The notes: generated by a model not told the origin, from the sequence alone. Positions 1 through 13,974 are shown, counted from the stretch's first letter. The stretch is 64,000 bases of DNA from Octopus vulgaris (GCA_951406725.2 OX597820.1:53506001-53570000), one strand, 5' to 3'. Program-made: numbers and translations.

Positions 1-843
1 TGGTTCTGCAAATCGGTGCCAATCCAATGGAATTATAAGCTTTCATTTTATAATACATCATGTTTTGATAAAAACAGTAGAGCGTGATTCAGGAGGATTT
101 AACTAATATTTCTAACCGGTAAAACGACCACAGACAGATTACTTTGGTCATTTGAGTCAGTGATCCACCATTTTTACCTACCGTCCGTTATAATATGATT
201 CATGACAACAAGAAGTCTTACAACAATAGACTCAACTGCGACATAACTAGTCGAATTTTAACATTAAAATTACATTTATCAGTAAGCCCATGAGCCTTCA
301 AACTCACGGCCCACCATTTTAGCAATAGCAGCAACTCTACATCAAATAGCACCCTGCCTTTTTAAACGTGGAAGGTGCACATTGGATAATGCTTTTCAAG
401 ATATACTGTCGAAATAAATGACGGGATGACTACGGCTGGTGGCGGTGGGGGGGGGGGGGCATCTTTGTGTGAATGTTAGCTCAATCAGATATCTAGTACA
501 ATAAAAGCAATGGCACTAATAACAAAAACAACTACAACACTAAGAATAGCAACAAATATTGCAAAAGTTTTCAATTCGCAATCAGTTAGCTCATTCTACA
601 CAATATAATCTCTGTTCAATTTTAAAAACAAAATGTATTTCGGAGTTACTCTCCGTGCCTTTTTTTTTATCGTAATTATCATTAATACCAAAGATTTTTT
701 TTTTTAATTCTAGGTGAAATTTTTATTGACTGAAGAATTTTTGTCTCATAACATTAAGTGAATTTGCTTCCACTTCTCTAAAGTACTTGATTCTGAAAGC
801 AACCCTAGACAAAGTTTCCCATGTCATTATTTTAAAATGCCTA

Positions 844-1216
844 AGGCGGCGAGTTGGCACAAGCGTTAGCATGCCGGGCGAAATGCTTAGCGGTATTTCG
901 TCTGCGGTTAGGTTCTGAGTTCAAATTCCGCCGAGGTTGATTTTGCCTTTCATCATTTCGGGGTCGATAAATTAATTACCAGTTACGCTCTGGGGTCGAT
1001 ATAATCGACTTAATCCGTCTGTCTGTCCTTGTTTGTCCCCTCTGTGTTTAGTCCCTTGTGGGTAGTAAAGAAATAGGTATTTCGTCTGCCGCTACCTTCT
1101 GAGTTCAAATTCCGCCGAGGTCGACTTTGCCATTCAGTTACGCACTGGGTCGATCTAGTCGATTGGTTCCCCTCCCCTCAAAATTTCGGGCCGTGTGTCT
1201 AGAGTAGAAAAGATTA
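844..1216 (+). mobile_element. tRNA-derived SINE family A (Meta-domain-like), dimer
   Basis: GGCGGCGAGTTGGC head, GAGTTCAAATTCC B-box-like motif, and body GCCTTTCATC..TTCGGGGTCGATAAA resembling the MetaSINE central domain. The second unit starts at 1076. Confidence 0.85.
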
Positions 1217-1724
1217 TTTTTAAATGCCTCATTATTAAATATCATTTGCACAGAAAATATTTACCTTCTCAGTCAAAAGAAATTCTGATATGCACGAGGT
1301 AGCTTATATTTTGCTGAGAAGGTTTGATAAGGCCGAAATGTACCCAGTGTTTTCACTGCTCTTTATAAAATTCAAACTCATTATTCATACTCTACTAAGT
1401 TTCCATTTTTTAAAAACTTTTGATAGATTTTGGTTTAGAAGTTATTTGCATTACTACAGCATTAAAGCCAACCTATTTTTTCTCTTCCTTGCCATTGCAA
1501 TTTAGCTGATAAACTCTCTTTATATTTGCTTCATTCTTTATTTACTCCTCCAACTCACCATAAAGATTTTTGTAATCGGCTGGATTTTAAACAAATATAA
1601 ATTTTTAAAAGAAAATCACGAAACCAAAAATCTTGTTGAACGAATTACAATGTTAATTATTAGTAACGTTAAAAGGAAAGACGTCGATGTGAGTTCAGGC
1701 ATTTGCAATCCTGATACGGTGAAC

Positions 1725-1778
<54 letters not shown>

Positions 1779-1860
1779 GAGGAGGAGGAGGAGGAGTTTC
1801 CGCTTTTGTTGTTGTTGCTGATGCTGCAGCAGCTGCAGCTATTGCTGTTCTTATGCAGCA
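1725..1860. repeat. (TAG)n-(GGA)n-(TTG/CTG)n compound microsatellite
   Basis: Directly visible. Confidence 0.95.
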
Positions 1861-2141
1861 ATGAACCAGGCGTAATTTTTAACCATAGGGACGATGAGGT
1901 GAGAACCAAAAACACTTTGCCAAATAAAACAATATCTCAGCGTATGGGAATTCTAGAGACATATTCTACTTTCCTGTTTAGCCCCAGGCAAATCGTAATC
2001 AAGGAAACCTAATCATGATAACCCTGTATTTTTTTTTTTTTCAGACAGTGTATCTAATACACCCGTTCTTAAAAGGAAAGTAGACTGTAAGTAGTTAGTG
2101 AGTCACTTGCTATATCTTCCAGACCAAGCGAAAACATAACA

Positions 2142-2474
2142 CCCCCAACCATTTTTCACCTATGGACCCCTTTGATTACTATTCTATTCTGATGGACCCC
2201 ATAGCCATTCGATGTTTAAAAACTAGTTTTATAGGAACTTCTTTCAAAATCCCTAGCTTGTTTTCCACACATCAACTTGTGTAGGTTGAACCATGTAAAA
2301 TGTTAGAGGAAGAGACCTAACAGTTTCTTGCAGTAAATACCGATAGATCTAAAGTAAATTTTTTTCATGAACCCTTCAAATACTATTATAGATCCCAATT
2401 TAATATTTTGTCGTGTAGACCCCCCAGAATTTTTATATGGACCCTCAGGGGGCATATGGAGCCTGGTTGAGAAC
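2142..2474. mobile_element. hAT-like MITE remnant
   Basis: Ends CCCCAACC and GGTTGAGAAC are inverted and resemble hAT/Charlie termini; repeated subterminal TGGACCCC motifs. Confidence 0.5.
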
Positions 2475-2484
2475 AAGGTTCCAT

Positions 2485-2646
2485 ATGCTGGTGTGTTTAC
2501 GTCCCCGTAACTTAGCGGTTCGGCATAAGAGACCAATAGAATAAGTACTAGGCCGACAAAGAATAAGTCCAGGGGGTCGATTTGTTCCACTATATGCGGT
2601 GCCCCAGCATGGCCGCAGTCAAAATGACTGAAACGAATAAAAGAAT
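2485..2646 (+). mobile_element. SINE family B, 3' half
   Basis: Matches 4093-4260 of the full-length copy (ATGCTGGTGTGTTTACGTCCCCG...CCAGCATGGCCGCAGTCAAAATGACTGAAAC). Confidence 0.85.
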
Positions 2647-2800
2647 ATATATATGAAACGGTCGTGAATTCTGGTACTTGACTGAGGAAAGAAGGCCAAG
2701 AATGACCCGTATGTTTTGTTCCATATATATATATATATATATATGGAATATATATATATATATATATATATATGGAATATATATATATATATATATATAT

Positions 2801-3106
<306 letters not shown>

Positions 3107-3131
3107 ATATATATATATATATATATGGAGT

Positions 3132-3470
3132 CGTCGCAACTCATTTCTACAGCTGAGTGAACTGGAGCAACGTGAAATAAAGTGTCTTGCTCAAGAACAC
3201 AACACGCAGCCCGGTCCGGGATTGGAGCTCACAACCTCACGAGCGTAAGCTCGACGCTCTAACCACTGAGCCACGAGTTGCGACGTCACAGGTGCCAAGC
3301 TGTATCGGCCCTTGCCTTTCCCTTGGACAACATCGGTGACGTGGAGAGGGGAGGCCGGTATGCATGGGCGACTGCTGGTCTTCCATAAAACAACCTTGCC
3401 CAGACTTGTGCCTCAGAGGGTAACTCTCTAGGTGCAAACCCATGGTCAGTGTCTGACCGAAGGGGGTCAC
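3132..3470. mobile_element. SINE family D copy with an inverted 5' half
   Basis: 3132-3275 is the reverse complement of the tRNA-head half and 3275-3470 is the sense 3' half. Colinear copies exist at 51240-51545 and 59860-60143. Confidence 0.85.
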
Positions 3471-3483
3471 CATGTCACCATAT

Positions 3484-3767
3484 ATGGAATAGAAACACAA
3501 TAGAAGACAATAAAACATTCGGATAGATAGACGATACATTATGTCTATTATTGTTTGAATTGCAGAATAGTGGTTTTTCTCTAATTTAAGTATTATCTAA
3601 GAATAATCAGCCGAACTTGCGAGGATAATCTGGTTCTTGACTGAAGATAGAAAACTTCGAATGACCCGTCCTAGTTTTCTTTGTATCATCTATCTGGATG
3701 TTTTGTTGTCCCATTTTGTATCACCTAGTTGTCCGGATGCTTTGCGTTCTCGTCCCATTTTGTATTC

Positions 3768-3768
<1 letters not shown>
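3484..3768 (+). mobile_element. Penelope-like non-autonomous element (family P1), second copy
   Basis: Inverted termini (AAAACATTCGGATAGATAGACGATACA / TGTATCATCTATCTGGATGTTTT); contains CCGAAC-N24-CTGAAGA; ends in (TA)n. Confidence 0.55.
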
Positions 3769-3799
<31 letters not shown>

Positions 3800-3867
3800 C
3801 AGCATGGCCACAGCTCGTGAGCTGAAACTAGATGTTAATGAAAATGAAAAAAATTTTTTTTTTTAAA

Positions 3868-4262
3868 TAGGCGCAGGAGTGGCTGTGTGGTAAGTAGCTT
3901 GCTAACCAACCACATGGTTCCGGGTTCAGTCCCACTGCGTGGCATCTTGGGCAAGTGTCTTCTGGTATAGCCCCGGGCCGACCAATGCCTTGTGAGTGGA
4001 TTTGGTAGACGGAAACTGAAAGAAGCCTGTCGTATATATGTATATATATATATGTGTGTCTGTGTTTGTCTCCCTAGCATTGCTTGACAACCGATGCTGG
4101 TGTGTTTACGTCCCCGTCACTTAGCGGTTCGGCAAAAGAGATCGATAGAATAAGTACTGGGCTTACAAAGAATAAGTGTTGGGGTCGATTTGCTCGACTA
4201 AAGGCGGTGCTCCAGCATGGCCGCAGTCAAAATGACTGAAACAAGTAAAAGAGTAAAAGAGT
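3868..4262 (+). mobile_element. SINE family B, full length (~400 bp, internal TA/TG microsatellite)
   Basis: A-box TGGCTGTGTGG, B-box GGTTCAGTCCC, (GTAAAAGA)n tail; about 10 further full or partial copies in the window. Confidence 0.9.
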
Positions 4263-4291
4263 ATATATATATCATGTATGTACATATATGT

Positions 4292-4574
4292 GGAGGCGCA
4301 ATGGCCCAGTGGTTAGGGCGGCCGTCTCGCGGTTTCGATTCCCAGACCGGGCGTTGTGAGTGTTTATAGAGCGAAAACGCCTAAAGCTCCACGTGGCTCC
4401 GGCAGGGGGTGGTGACGATCCTTGCTTTACTCTTTCGCCACAACTTTCTCTCACTCTTTCTTCTGTTGGCCTGCTCGCTTAGCCAGCGGGGTGGCGTCAT
4501 TTAAAGGCTAAAACAATGCGAAACGCATTGTGACCAGCGATGTGTAGCAACATCGGTCACGATGATCTCGGTGA
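4292..4574 (+). mobile_element. SINE family C (GGAGGCGCAATGGCCCAGTGG head), tail type a
   Basis: tRNA-like A and B boxes (TGGCCCAGTGG, GTTTCGATTCC); near-identical to 32434-32734(-) and 39119-39411(+). Confidence 0.9.
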
Positions 4575-4939
4575 TGTACATATATATTCATTATTGCTTA
4601 CGCACACTTGATTACACACACACTTGTTCAAACATTCATACATACGTACGTGCATACAGGCAGAGAAATATGCATATATGTCTAAGTTCCGATGACAAAA
4701 AATGTCTTGTATCTTCGTTCGACATCAGTTTTCTTTCTTATCTATCTGTCAAAATTTGAAAAGTAAAAAAAACTGAATAACATGCATACAAGCATCCATG
4801 AGCATATCCATCCATCCATACATACATACATCCATACTTACGTACATACCTATATATATATATATACACTCTCATACATAAACACACACACATGTAGATA
4901 TTCGTATGCATAAATGCATACTTACATAAATATAAATAA

Positions 4940-4991
<52 letters not shown>

Positions 4992-5239
4992 GCACATACA
5001 CACACGCACATATACTTACACATACACATAAGCATAAAGTGGGTACACCGTAATAATAACACCCTGACGGCGCCTCTACTGCCTTAAACAGTCCGCCCCT
5101 AGAAAGACCCCCCCTGTGGATTTCAGGATATTACATGAATACTTCGCCAAAATATTTAGGCAAAACAATACAGAAAATTCACATCTCAAGTGACTGGATA
5201 ATGCCCTTGTCTCGTTCTCCTTGCTATGTCACGTATGCC

Positions 5240-5940
5240 TCTGTTGTTTTTGTTGCTGTTGTGTTATTGGTGGTGGTGGTGATGGTGGTGGTGATGGTGG
5301 TGGTGGTTGTTGTGATGAGGACGACGACGACGATAATGATGGTGATTATGGCGTCGTTCATAATGGTAGCGGTGAGGATGGGGGACGATGCTGTTGACGC
5401 TATCAAATGATGACACCACCGCTATGACTACGCTGAAAACAACTACGCACGATGGCGAGAACGACGACGGTGATGACCTCGATGTGGCTGCTGACATCGA
5501 TGACGACTTAGACGACGATCCCGACGGCAGCGGCGGCAATGGTATTGGTGATAGTGTTGGTAGCAGTGGTGGCGATAGTGGTGGTGGTGGTGGTGGCGTC
5601 GTCGTCGTGGCGGTGATCGTTGTCATCGTCGTGTCAGCGGCAGAAGTGTTGGTAGTTGTGGTGGTGATGGTCGTCGTCTTCATCTTCATCGTGGTGGTGG
5701 TGGCGGTGGCGGCGGCGGTGGCGGCGGTGGTGGTGGTGGTTGTGATGATGGTGGTGATGGTGGTGGTAGTAGTGGTTGTGGTGGTTGATAGTGGTGGTGG
5801 TGGTCGTCGTCGTCGTCATCTTCATCGTCGTGGCGGTGTTGTTGTTGTTGGTAGTGGCAGTGGTGGTGGTGGTGTTCGTGGTGGTGTTCGTGGTGGTGTT
5901 CGTGGTGTTGTTGTTGTTGGTGGTGGTGGTGGTGATGGTA
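5240..5940. repeat. Degenerate trinucleotide low-complexity tract (GGT/GAT/GAC/GTC)
   Basis: Directly visible; produces spurious poly-V/D/G/T/H ORFs. Confidence 0.9.
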
Positions 5941-7699
5941 ATATATTTGTTAGTCCTTTTCCTATTTGTTGTTCCTTTTTCGTGTACCCACCCTAATAAG
6001 ATCTAAATTCCTGTATGTATATGCAATATAATGTTATAGAGTCATAATATTTTCAAAACTATGGATCACTGACTACAAAATAATAATAATACATTTCCTA
6101 TTATACAGATAATGCAGAAAAACGTAGCTGTCAGGCATTCACATTTCGCAGTTTACATAACAATATTATACGGAAACATCAATTCAATACTTGAATTCTA
6201 ATTAGATTTAATGATAAGTCGGTCAATAGAAAATACTTACAAAATGATCTGATCCCGTTCTAGGCACTATCACAAGGTAATTTTTAGTTACTGGTAATTT
6301 CTTAATGTGGAGCCTCTCCATAAAAGGAATGACCGTTATATAAGGATGTACTCTAGTTTTAGTTTTGTTTCATCTCTTAATCAGAGGAAGGGAGGAAGGA
6401 ATGTTGTCTTCATGCCGGAGACTTGGTCCGGATGCTACTGGGAACAGAGTGAATTCTGCTTAACATACCCAAGGACCAAATAGCTATGATAAAAAGGGCA
6501 ACGTATTACGATTACTACCCAATTAGATTACGTCAGATTTTGAAGTAAAAATCACAATGTCCCAGAAGAAATACTGCATAATATTACTTGTGACAATGAA
6601 ATTTTATATCAGTCCAGCATGCTACACTGTAGTGAATTTAGTAAGGCCTGCTCAAAATAATTAATCTAAGTCTAAACGATGAAAGCATCACTAAAACGAG
6701 ATGGTGGCGGATCCGTTCTTTACATATTGAGGTTAAATACCGCCAAATTCCATTTTGTAGCCTTTCGTCCCTTCTAGGTCAGTAAAATGGAGACTGGGTT
6801 CTATATAATCGACTTACTACATCCTTCAATATTACTGGCTTTGTACCAAAATTTTTTTACCAATTTTTGAACAGTTTATCAATGAGCAATTATAAAAGGT
6901 TATAGTGTTTAACACCTTGCACGATATCACATTGTCTCTGATGCAGCAGCAATACAATTGGGCAATGTTTCAAGAAAATTATTACAGTAACCAACTGCTA
7001 CCTCCTGTGTGACTACCATTGGTGTATTCCATTTTAAAATCGCAATGGATAAAAACTTATAAGCTGACATTTTCTATTTATTATGTGATTCTATCATGGA
7101 AGGTTAATGAGATTATCCATGTTAAATCCAGTATTATTGCTAGTTCTAAGCCGGTTTTCTAAACCAGTTTGTAAAATGGCACTGTACACGATCGTGTTGG
7201 AATATAGCACAATTATGGTTGATCATATAAGTAAGTGAAATCTACTTCAGAATAACCCGATAAGTTTAATTATTCTTTATGGTATTATCTTGAAAAGAAA
7301 AAACAGTTCTTGCCTTTTAACATGTGTTCTATAACATAATGGATGAATAGTACTTAACTCTTGCAAGTGTATTCCTAGGAATGTATATAGTGTTTGACGA
7401 GGAATAATAGAGACATTAGAAGCAAAGTGCTCAATAAATGTTTGGTCACATATTGATTTTAAACCAGTATCTGTTAGTTGAAATTTTATGATGCCTGTAA
7501 AATTTCCGACAATCCTGGATGTTTTTCTGCAATAATCTTAGATTAATTCGTTAGACATCCTCTTACTGAATTCAATAAATGATGTATTATTAGGTTAGTA
7601 CAGCATTTTCCTGCTGCTACAACTTACTTTGGTAGGGCTCCGACAAAGCCATTTCATCAAACATCTCGATTCATGATCGTCACCTGCAGTTCATAGATA

Positions 7700-7945
7700 G
7701 AATCCATTCTTGTTCCTGTGTGGTCTATCAGGTTGTCGATAAGTGCCAGACGACGTCTCCTACTCTTTCTGATACCATGTTGAGGGACCCAGAGAACAAA
7801 TTTTGATACATCTTCTTCCTGGTAACGCATATAATGACCTGATAACCGGAGTCATCTTCTTACCCCTTTTTAGGTACTTATGGAAGGCTCATTGGTCTCA
7901 TTTGATGTTACAATTCGTACCCACGGTCATTCGTAGCATCCTTGC
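7700..7945 (-). pseudogene. Decayed RTE-clade LINE C-terminal fragment
   Basis: Minus-strand reading across frameshifts gives RMLRM...GH...EEDVSKFVLWVPQHG.R...RRRLALIDNLIDHTG, typical of the RTE ORF end. Confidence 0.55.
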
Positions 7946-8751
7946 TCCTAGGAACTGATTCAAGATCAATATCTAATATAAATACGTGGTGTGACAAAAG
8001 AGTGATGAAACTGTTAGAATATTTAGGGCGCAAAATTTGGCTAATCTGCAAAATTATTTCTCACCACCTCTCTTGGGAATATAAGAAGTATTCTGAACAG
8101 GAATCCAAAACAAAAATTAGTGCTCTTTTCTTTAAAAGACAACTCTATAAATATTTTTAAAAAGTGTTGAGGTACCCCGTAAGTAAATAAAACATCTGAT
8201 AGAATGATGAAATAATATTACTCATATGTAGTAAAAAAGTTATTAACTTCGTTACTTAGAAATAACTAGTAAATAATTAGGTTTTATCTTTTCATCAAAA
8301 CATATTTAGGGAAATACTAGATTTTATCTTTGTATTCAGACTTTTGACCAGGCAGAGCATGTGTATGAGAGTGCAAATTTAAATACATCCGTGACTGCGT
8401 AGACAAGCCAGTATATCGAAATACAAAGATAGAGAATCACACACCAATAGACACACTCTCTCAGAGACACGTATGTTCGTACATATATATATATATTTAT
8501 CTATACGCACACGCAGGGCATATTCACTTTACAACAAGATCCACTCGTACACATAACAGCTCCTTTTATTACGGCATATATGTGTATATACAAATAGCAT
8601 ACATATATAAATGGGACCAAACACACACGCACATATAAACACATACATATACAAACACGTGCGTGTTTATACATGCAATATATGCATACGTCCATATATA
8701 GATATGCGTTGTGATTCGTGTGTGTGTGTGTATGTGTGTATGTGTGTGTGT

Positions 8752-8818
<67 letters not shown>

Positions 8819-9319
8819 CTGTATACATCTGAAGGCACATGATGACCATATTTGACGGCATTTATGACACGTTGCTGGGTTTAAACAAGACTTGATATTT
8901 CTGAATCACGAGACATTTACTAGCCACTTTCCCTCTCCCCATCTTCCTTTCACCTCTCTCCTCTCCGTTTCTCACTGCATCCCTTCCCCACTCTCTCGTA
9001 CCGCCATTATATACTTGCTACATTTACTTATATCTCAGAATATATTTTAATGGCCACTTTTCAATCTCTGTGTTTTCATAGAATTTATGTTGTCATAAAT
9101 ATATTTTCTCTAATAGATAAATTTGCACTTTGCTTAGGCGTTCACCGATATCTTTGCGACTTTGCGAGTAATTCAATGGTAGGAATCTATTGTGGTCGGC
9201 CACGTTAAAAGATTCTCTGATTGGGAAAATTCTCGCTCGTAAAGTCGTCAAGAGTTTTGTTCTGGCGAAACTGAGTAAAATTAATAGACGAACACAAGGT
9301 AATAAACGGAGGGCTCTTT

Positions 9320-9498
9320 ATTTCTCTTTCTGTCCCTTCCTCTCTCTCTCACTCTCTCTCTCTCTTTCTCTCTTTCTCTCTCTCTTTCTCTCTTTCTCTC
9401 TCTCTTTCTCTCCCTCTTAATCTTTTTCTTTCTCTTTCTCTGTCTTCCTCTCCGATTTTATCTCTTCTCCTCTCATTTTACACACATATCTATCTATA

Positions 9499-9593
<95 letters not shown>

Positions 9594-9750
9594 TTATCTA
9601 TCTATCTGTCTATCTGTCTGTCTATCTAACTATTTATCTATCAATCTACCTATCTATCTATCGATCGATCTATCTATCTATATATCTATCCATCCATCCC
9701 TCCATCTATACACTCATCAATCTATCTATCTATCTATCTATCTATCTATA

Positions 9751-9783
<33 letters not shown>

Positions 9784-10140
9784 ATCTATCGAACTATATA
9801 TCTATCCATCCATCTATCTGTCTATCCATCTGTCTATCCATCTATCTATCTATATATCTATTGGTCTGTCTGTTTCTCTCTCCTGTGGTGTATTTGTCTA
9901 TTTCTCAGTGTCTCACATTCGGTATTGATTTCTTTGTCTTCTTCACTATATGTATATTTCTATGTATATCTTTCAACTTCTTTATATCTCTCTTTCTCTC
10001 TCTATATATATATATATCTTTTATTCTCATTCAATCTCTGTCTCCCCCGCACTCTTCTCTCTACTTCTCCTTTATCCCTCACCTCTTTTTCCTTTCTCGC
10101 TCTCCCCCTCTCTCTCTCTCCTTTCTCTCCCCACCACATG
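9320..10140. repeat. (TC)n / (TCTA)n pyrimidine-rich microsatellite block
   Basis: Directly visible. Confidence 0.95.
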
Positions 10141-10300
10141 CACACACATGAACATACAAGCGATTCATTTTGACTCCGTCTACATATATTTCGCCAAAAT
10201 TGTATTTGTATATCCTGGACATTTAAGGCATTATTATTGAGACAGAAACGTCACTATGCATAAGTATTATACATAAGTTTCTACGCTTATATATATATAA

Positions 10301-10358
<58 letters not shown>

Positions 10359-10364
10359 GATGGT

Positions 10365-10409
<45 letters not shown>

Positions 10410-10410
10410 T

Positions 10411-10475
<65 letters not shown>

Positions 10476-10627
10476 GAAGATATGTATAAATAGAGGTAAA
10501 CGATGCGTTTAAGTTGTTCACTTCACACTCACGCATTTCTAGGTTCGATCCCTCGGCGTTGTACACAACCTGTGATCATTCTTGAAGTCATCGCTATTGT
10601 TGTCGTCGTCGTTGTCGTTGTTTATTG

Positions 10628-10658
<31 letters not shown>

Positions 10659-11318
10659 GGTGATAATGATGATAGTGATGATGGTGATGATGATGATGAT
10701 GATAGTGATGATGGTAATGATGATGATAGTGGTGATGATTATGATTAATGTAATGATGATGATGGTGAATGCTGGTAATGGTGACGACGGTGACCATGAT
10801 GACGACTGTAAATGATGGCGATTTTAAAAATAGAATTAAATATGTAAGCAATGAAACGTACGTACGTAAATTTATCTGCAGAAATAACGGAATGGCGTTA
10901 AAAATTAAGAACAAAAAAAAAATGTTTCAAACATATAATCTCATATTGGAAGGATTAAAGTTTTAAATATTGGAGACTTGCATCCTGTAGCACTCTACAA
11001 ATTTATTAATGAACATATGTACAACTGTCTATGAATAAATAGATCAGCAGCGAAGAACTGAGCTATTTTGGTTAGTGATTGACAGCGGTATTATTTATAG
11101 ACATTTATTGTGGATATAAGTCATTCGAACTGGAAGCGCTAATCCTGCTAGGGTGACTGGCTGATTAATGTCAGACGTTCACAGTATAATTCGAGTGATG
11201 TCTTCCAACATGTTCGCCCTCTTTAATAGCTTTCTATGCATTCATAGAGATGCATTATTTGAAATTTTCCGAGTGTTCTTCCACTGCATAGCTGATTAGT
11301 TTTGTTTTAATTTCGCAG

Positions 11319-11505
11319 TTACGGGGACGTAAATACACCAGCATCGGTTCTCAAATGATGCTGGGGGGACAAACACAGACACACAAACACATTCATACAT
11401 ACATGCATACATACATACATATATATATATATTAATAAATAAAATAAAACATATGCATATATATAAACATATATGTACGTACCTACCTCTACATGTACAT
11501 ATACA

Positions 11506-11554
<49 letters not shown>

Positions 11555-11686
11555 TACGGGCTTCTTTCAGTTTCCGTCTACCAAATCCACTCACAAGGCT
11601 TGTTCGGACCGAGGCTATTGTAGAAGGCACTTGCCCAAGGTGCCACGCAGTGGGAATGAACCCGGAACCATGTGGTTGGTAAGCAT
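11319..11686 (-). mobile_element. SINE family B, truncated, with an insert in its internal microsatellite
   Basis: Reverse complement of the family B body; 11431-11510 matches 34781-34860. Confidence 0.85.
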
Positions 11687-12513
11687 GTTTTTTTTTTTAC
11701 AAACATGAAGTACGGAGATCAGAACCTAAAAAAGAAATACAGATGTTTAAGAAATCAATTGCATAAATGTACACATTAGTTTCCGTATCAAATGAGTCAG
11801 TGAGTCTGTAAGTGACTCTTGACAATGAACGAAGAGAATCGTCATGAGCATCGAAGTATTTATAGAACTTCGGTCCTTTCATGAAAGTACATAGAAGCAC
11901 TCATAGCTGCAAATACGGACATTTCGATTTCGCTTAGCATTTCTACAATTAACAATCGTTCAAATATTTTAAGAATGCATCGCAGCATTTGTTCCGAGTT
12001 CAATGAGTTCAAATCCCACTAAGGCAAACTCTAGACAACTTCCTATCGAAGATGGATAAATATGTACCATCCCAGATCGGTAGGCTGACGGAGCCGTAAG
12101 AATGTCGAACCGAATTCCTTGTGGTATTTCGTCCAGATCGCAGTGACCCGTGTTCACATCATGTCTTGGCCTATTTCGATTGTAGATTTAACATAATGCT
12201 TTGTATTGGGCAAAAACGTTTGTCTGATTAGAATGCAACAGTCTAGTAGTCTTCTGGAGCACAGTACCTTTTACTCCCCAGGTGTAACTAGGTAACGATC
12301 GTAGTTTTCTCCACTTGCAAACAACCTTAATGTTGCATTGTATCATAAAATACCATGACAAAATGTAGACCTGGTTCAAACAAAATTCGAAAATATTGTA
12401 ACAGCAAATACTTGAGGTAACTGAATTATGTTCAGTAAAACTGAATCACTATTGCATTTTTTTAAATATAAAGAGGCTGGCATTCATAACAAATCACATT
12501 CATATGACATAAA

Positions 12514-12602
<89 letters not shown>

Positions 12603-12679
12603 GTGTAACATATCGCAGGATTATAAACATATAATCATTATTTTAGCGAACTGAAAAAAAAATAGAAACAATTCATAAA

Positions 12680-12727
12680 CAACTTTAACCGATTTACGAA
12701 CTTTATACGGTTCTAATCAGAGGTGTC
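12680..12727 (-). ncRNA. Decayed minimal hammerhead motif (Penelope-like)
   Basis: Minus strand CTGATTA-GAAC-CGTATAAA-GTTC-GTAAA-TCGG-TT. Stem II is perfect; the core has G8>T and an extra T in GAAA. Confidence 0.45.
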
Positions 12728-12908
12728 TACATCATCCTGACAGTTTCCAGAAGAACGAGCAGCTAAATTATTTATATACTCACCAAATACAGCAGTTACT
12801 CAATGAAGGAGTCTCTAATTTGCATAACGAAAGTGTTTCACACACTATATATACAAGTGGCCTGTGAACCGGGATCTTAGTCCAGACACAAAGACACACG
12901 CACATATG

Positions 12909-12954
<46 letters not shown>

Positions 12955-13052
12955 ATAAGATTAGCTCGTATACGAGTGGGTATATATTTGTAAAAAATGA
13001 AGTTTGAAAATGCTGCTATATTAGACAACTTTTAATTTTTATATATACATTA

Positions 13053-13102
13053 TTTATTTAACATGTTTCGGTTCTTGAAATGACGAACCTTATCAAAAAA
13101 AA
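13053..13102 (-). ncRNA. Minimal hammerhead motif, U3-A8 variant
   Basis: Minus strand TTGATAA-GGTTC-GTCATTTCAA-GAACC-GAAA-CATG-TT-AAATAAA: perfect 5-bp stem II, palindromic stem III (ACATGT), weak U/A stem I. Confidence 0.6.
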
Positions 13103-13322
13103 TTATATATATATAATATTTATACAAATAAGGATAAGGTCGATATTTAAATACCGATCTTATCAGGTGGCCAGCATGGGATTAAAAACATTTGAAATAT
13201 ATATATATATATATGATATACATACATGTGTGTGTGTGTGTGTGCTATATATGATATCCACATTCTTTCAAAGACTCATGCTCAGCAACAATTCTCCAAG
13301 TTCGTATGAGATGTATATTTAT

Positions 13323-13369
<47 letters not shown>

Positions 13370-13532
13370 ACTATATCTCTACCTATTTATGTATCTATCT
13401 ATATACGCACACGCAGCCGCACAAACACACAAACACACACATACATATATAGATATAGATACATATATCGAGGTAGATAGATAGATAAATATAGACGTGG
13501 ATATTGATATATATATATATATATATATATAA

Positions 13533-13745
13533 CGGGAAGCTTTATGAAAATAAACAAAAGACGAAGGCAGGTGGAATATAAACAAACAATTGTATTAGTA
13601 TGGCGCTCAGGAATATAAATAAAACAAGTCTTTTACGTTTCGAGCCTACGCTCTTCAACAGTAAGAGACACAGAAAAGAAACACAGAAAGAAACAAAGAG
13701 AGAAAAAAAATGCGTGCAGAGGCTAGCGAATCAACATGGCGATCT
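13533..13745 (-). mobile_element. Penelope-like element with hammerhead-like motif (13629-13668)
   Basis: Minus strand TCTTA-CTGTTGA-A-GAGC-GTAG-GCTC-GAAA-CG-TA-AAAGA; the element abuts (TA)n. Confidence 0.6.
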
Positions 13746-13974
13746 GATTCCGGCCAGAAGTCATATATATATGTATGTATGTGTGTATGTATTTTCATAT
13801 GCATGTATATATTTCCCCGTCTTAACGATCTGTGCCCAGATTCCGTCGAGGTTGACCTTGCTTTTCATCATTTTTAGGTCGCTAAAATAAGTTCTAGTTC
13901 AACACTGGGAGAAATGTTATAGACTTTACTTTCTCCCGAAATTGCTAACCTTGTGGCAAAATTTGAATCCATTT

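Noticed and set aside
4292-4350. SINE heads (here and elsewhere) as functional tRNA genes
   Set aside because: No complete cloverleaf or acceptor stem; they continue directly into SINE bodies
5135-6006. Long ORFs (up to 202 aa) rich in V/D/G/T/H
   Set aside because: Stop-free degenerate trinucleotide repeats that are open in several frames on both strands; no domain or splice support
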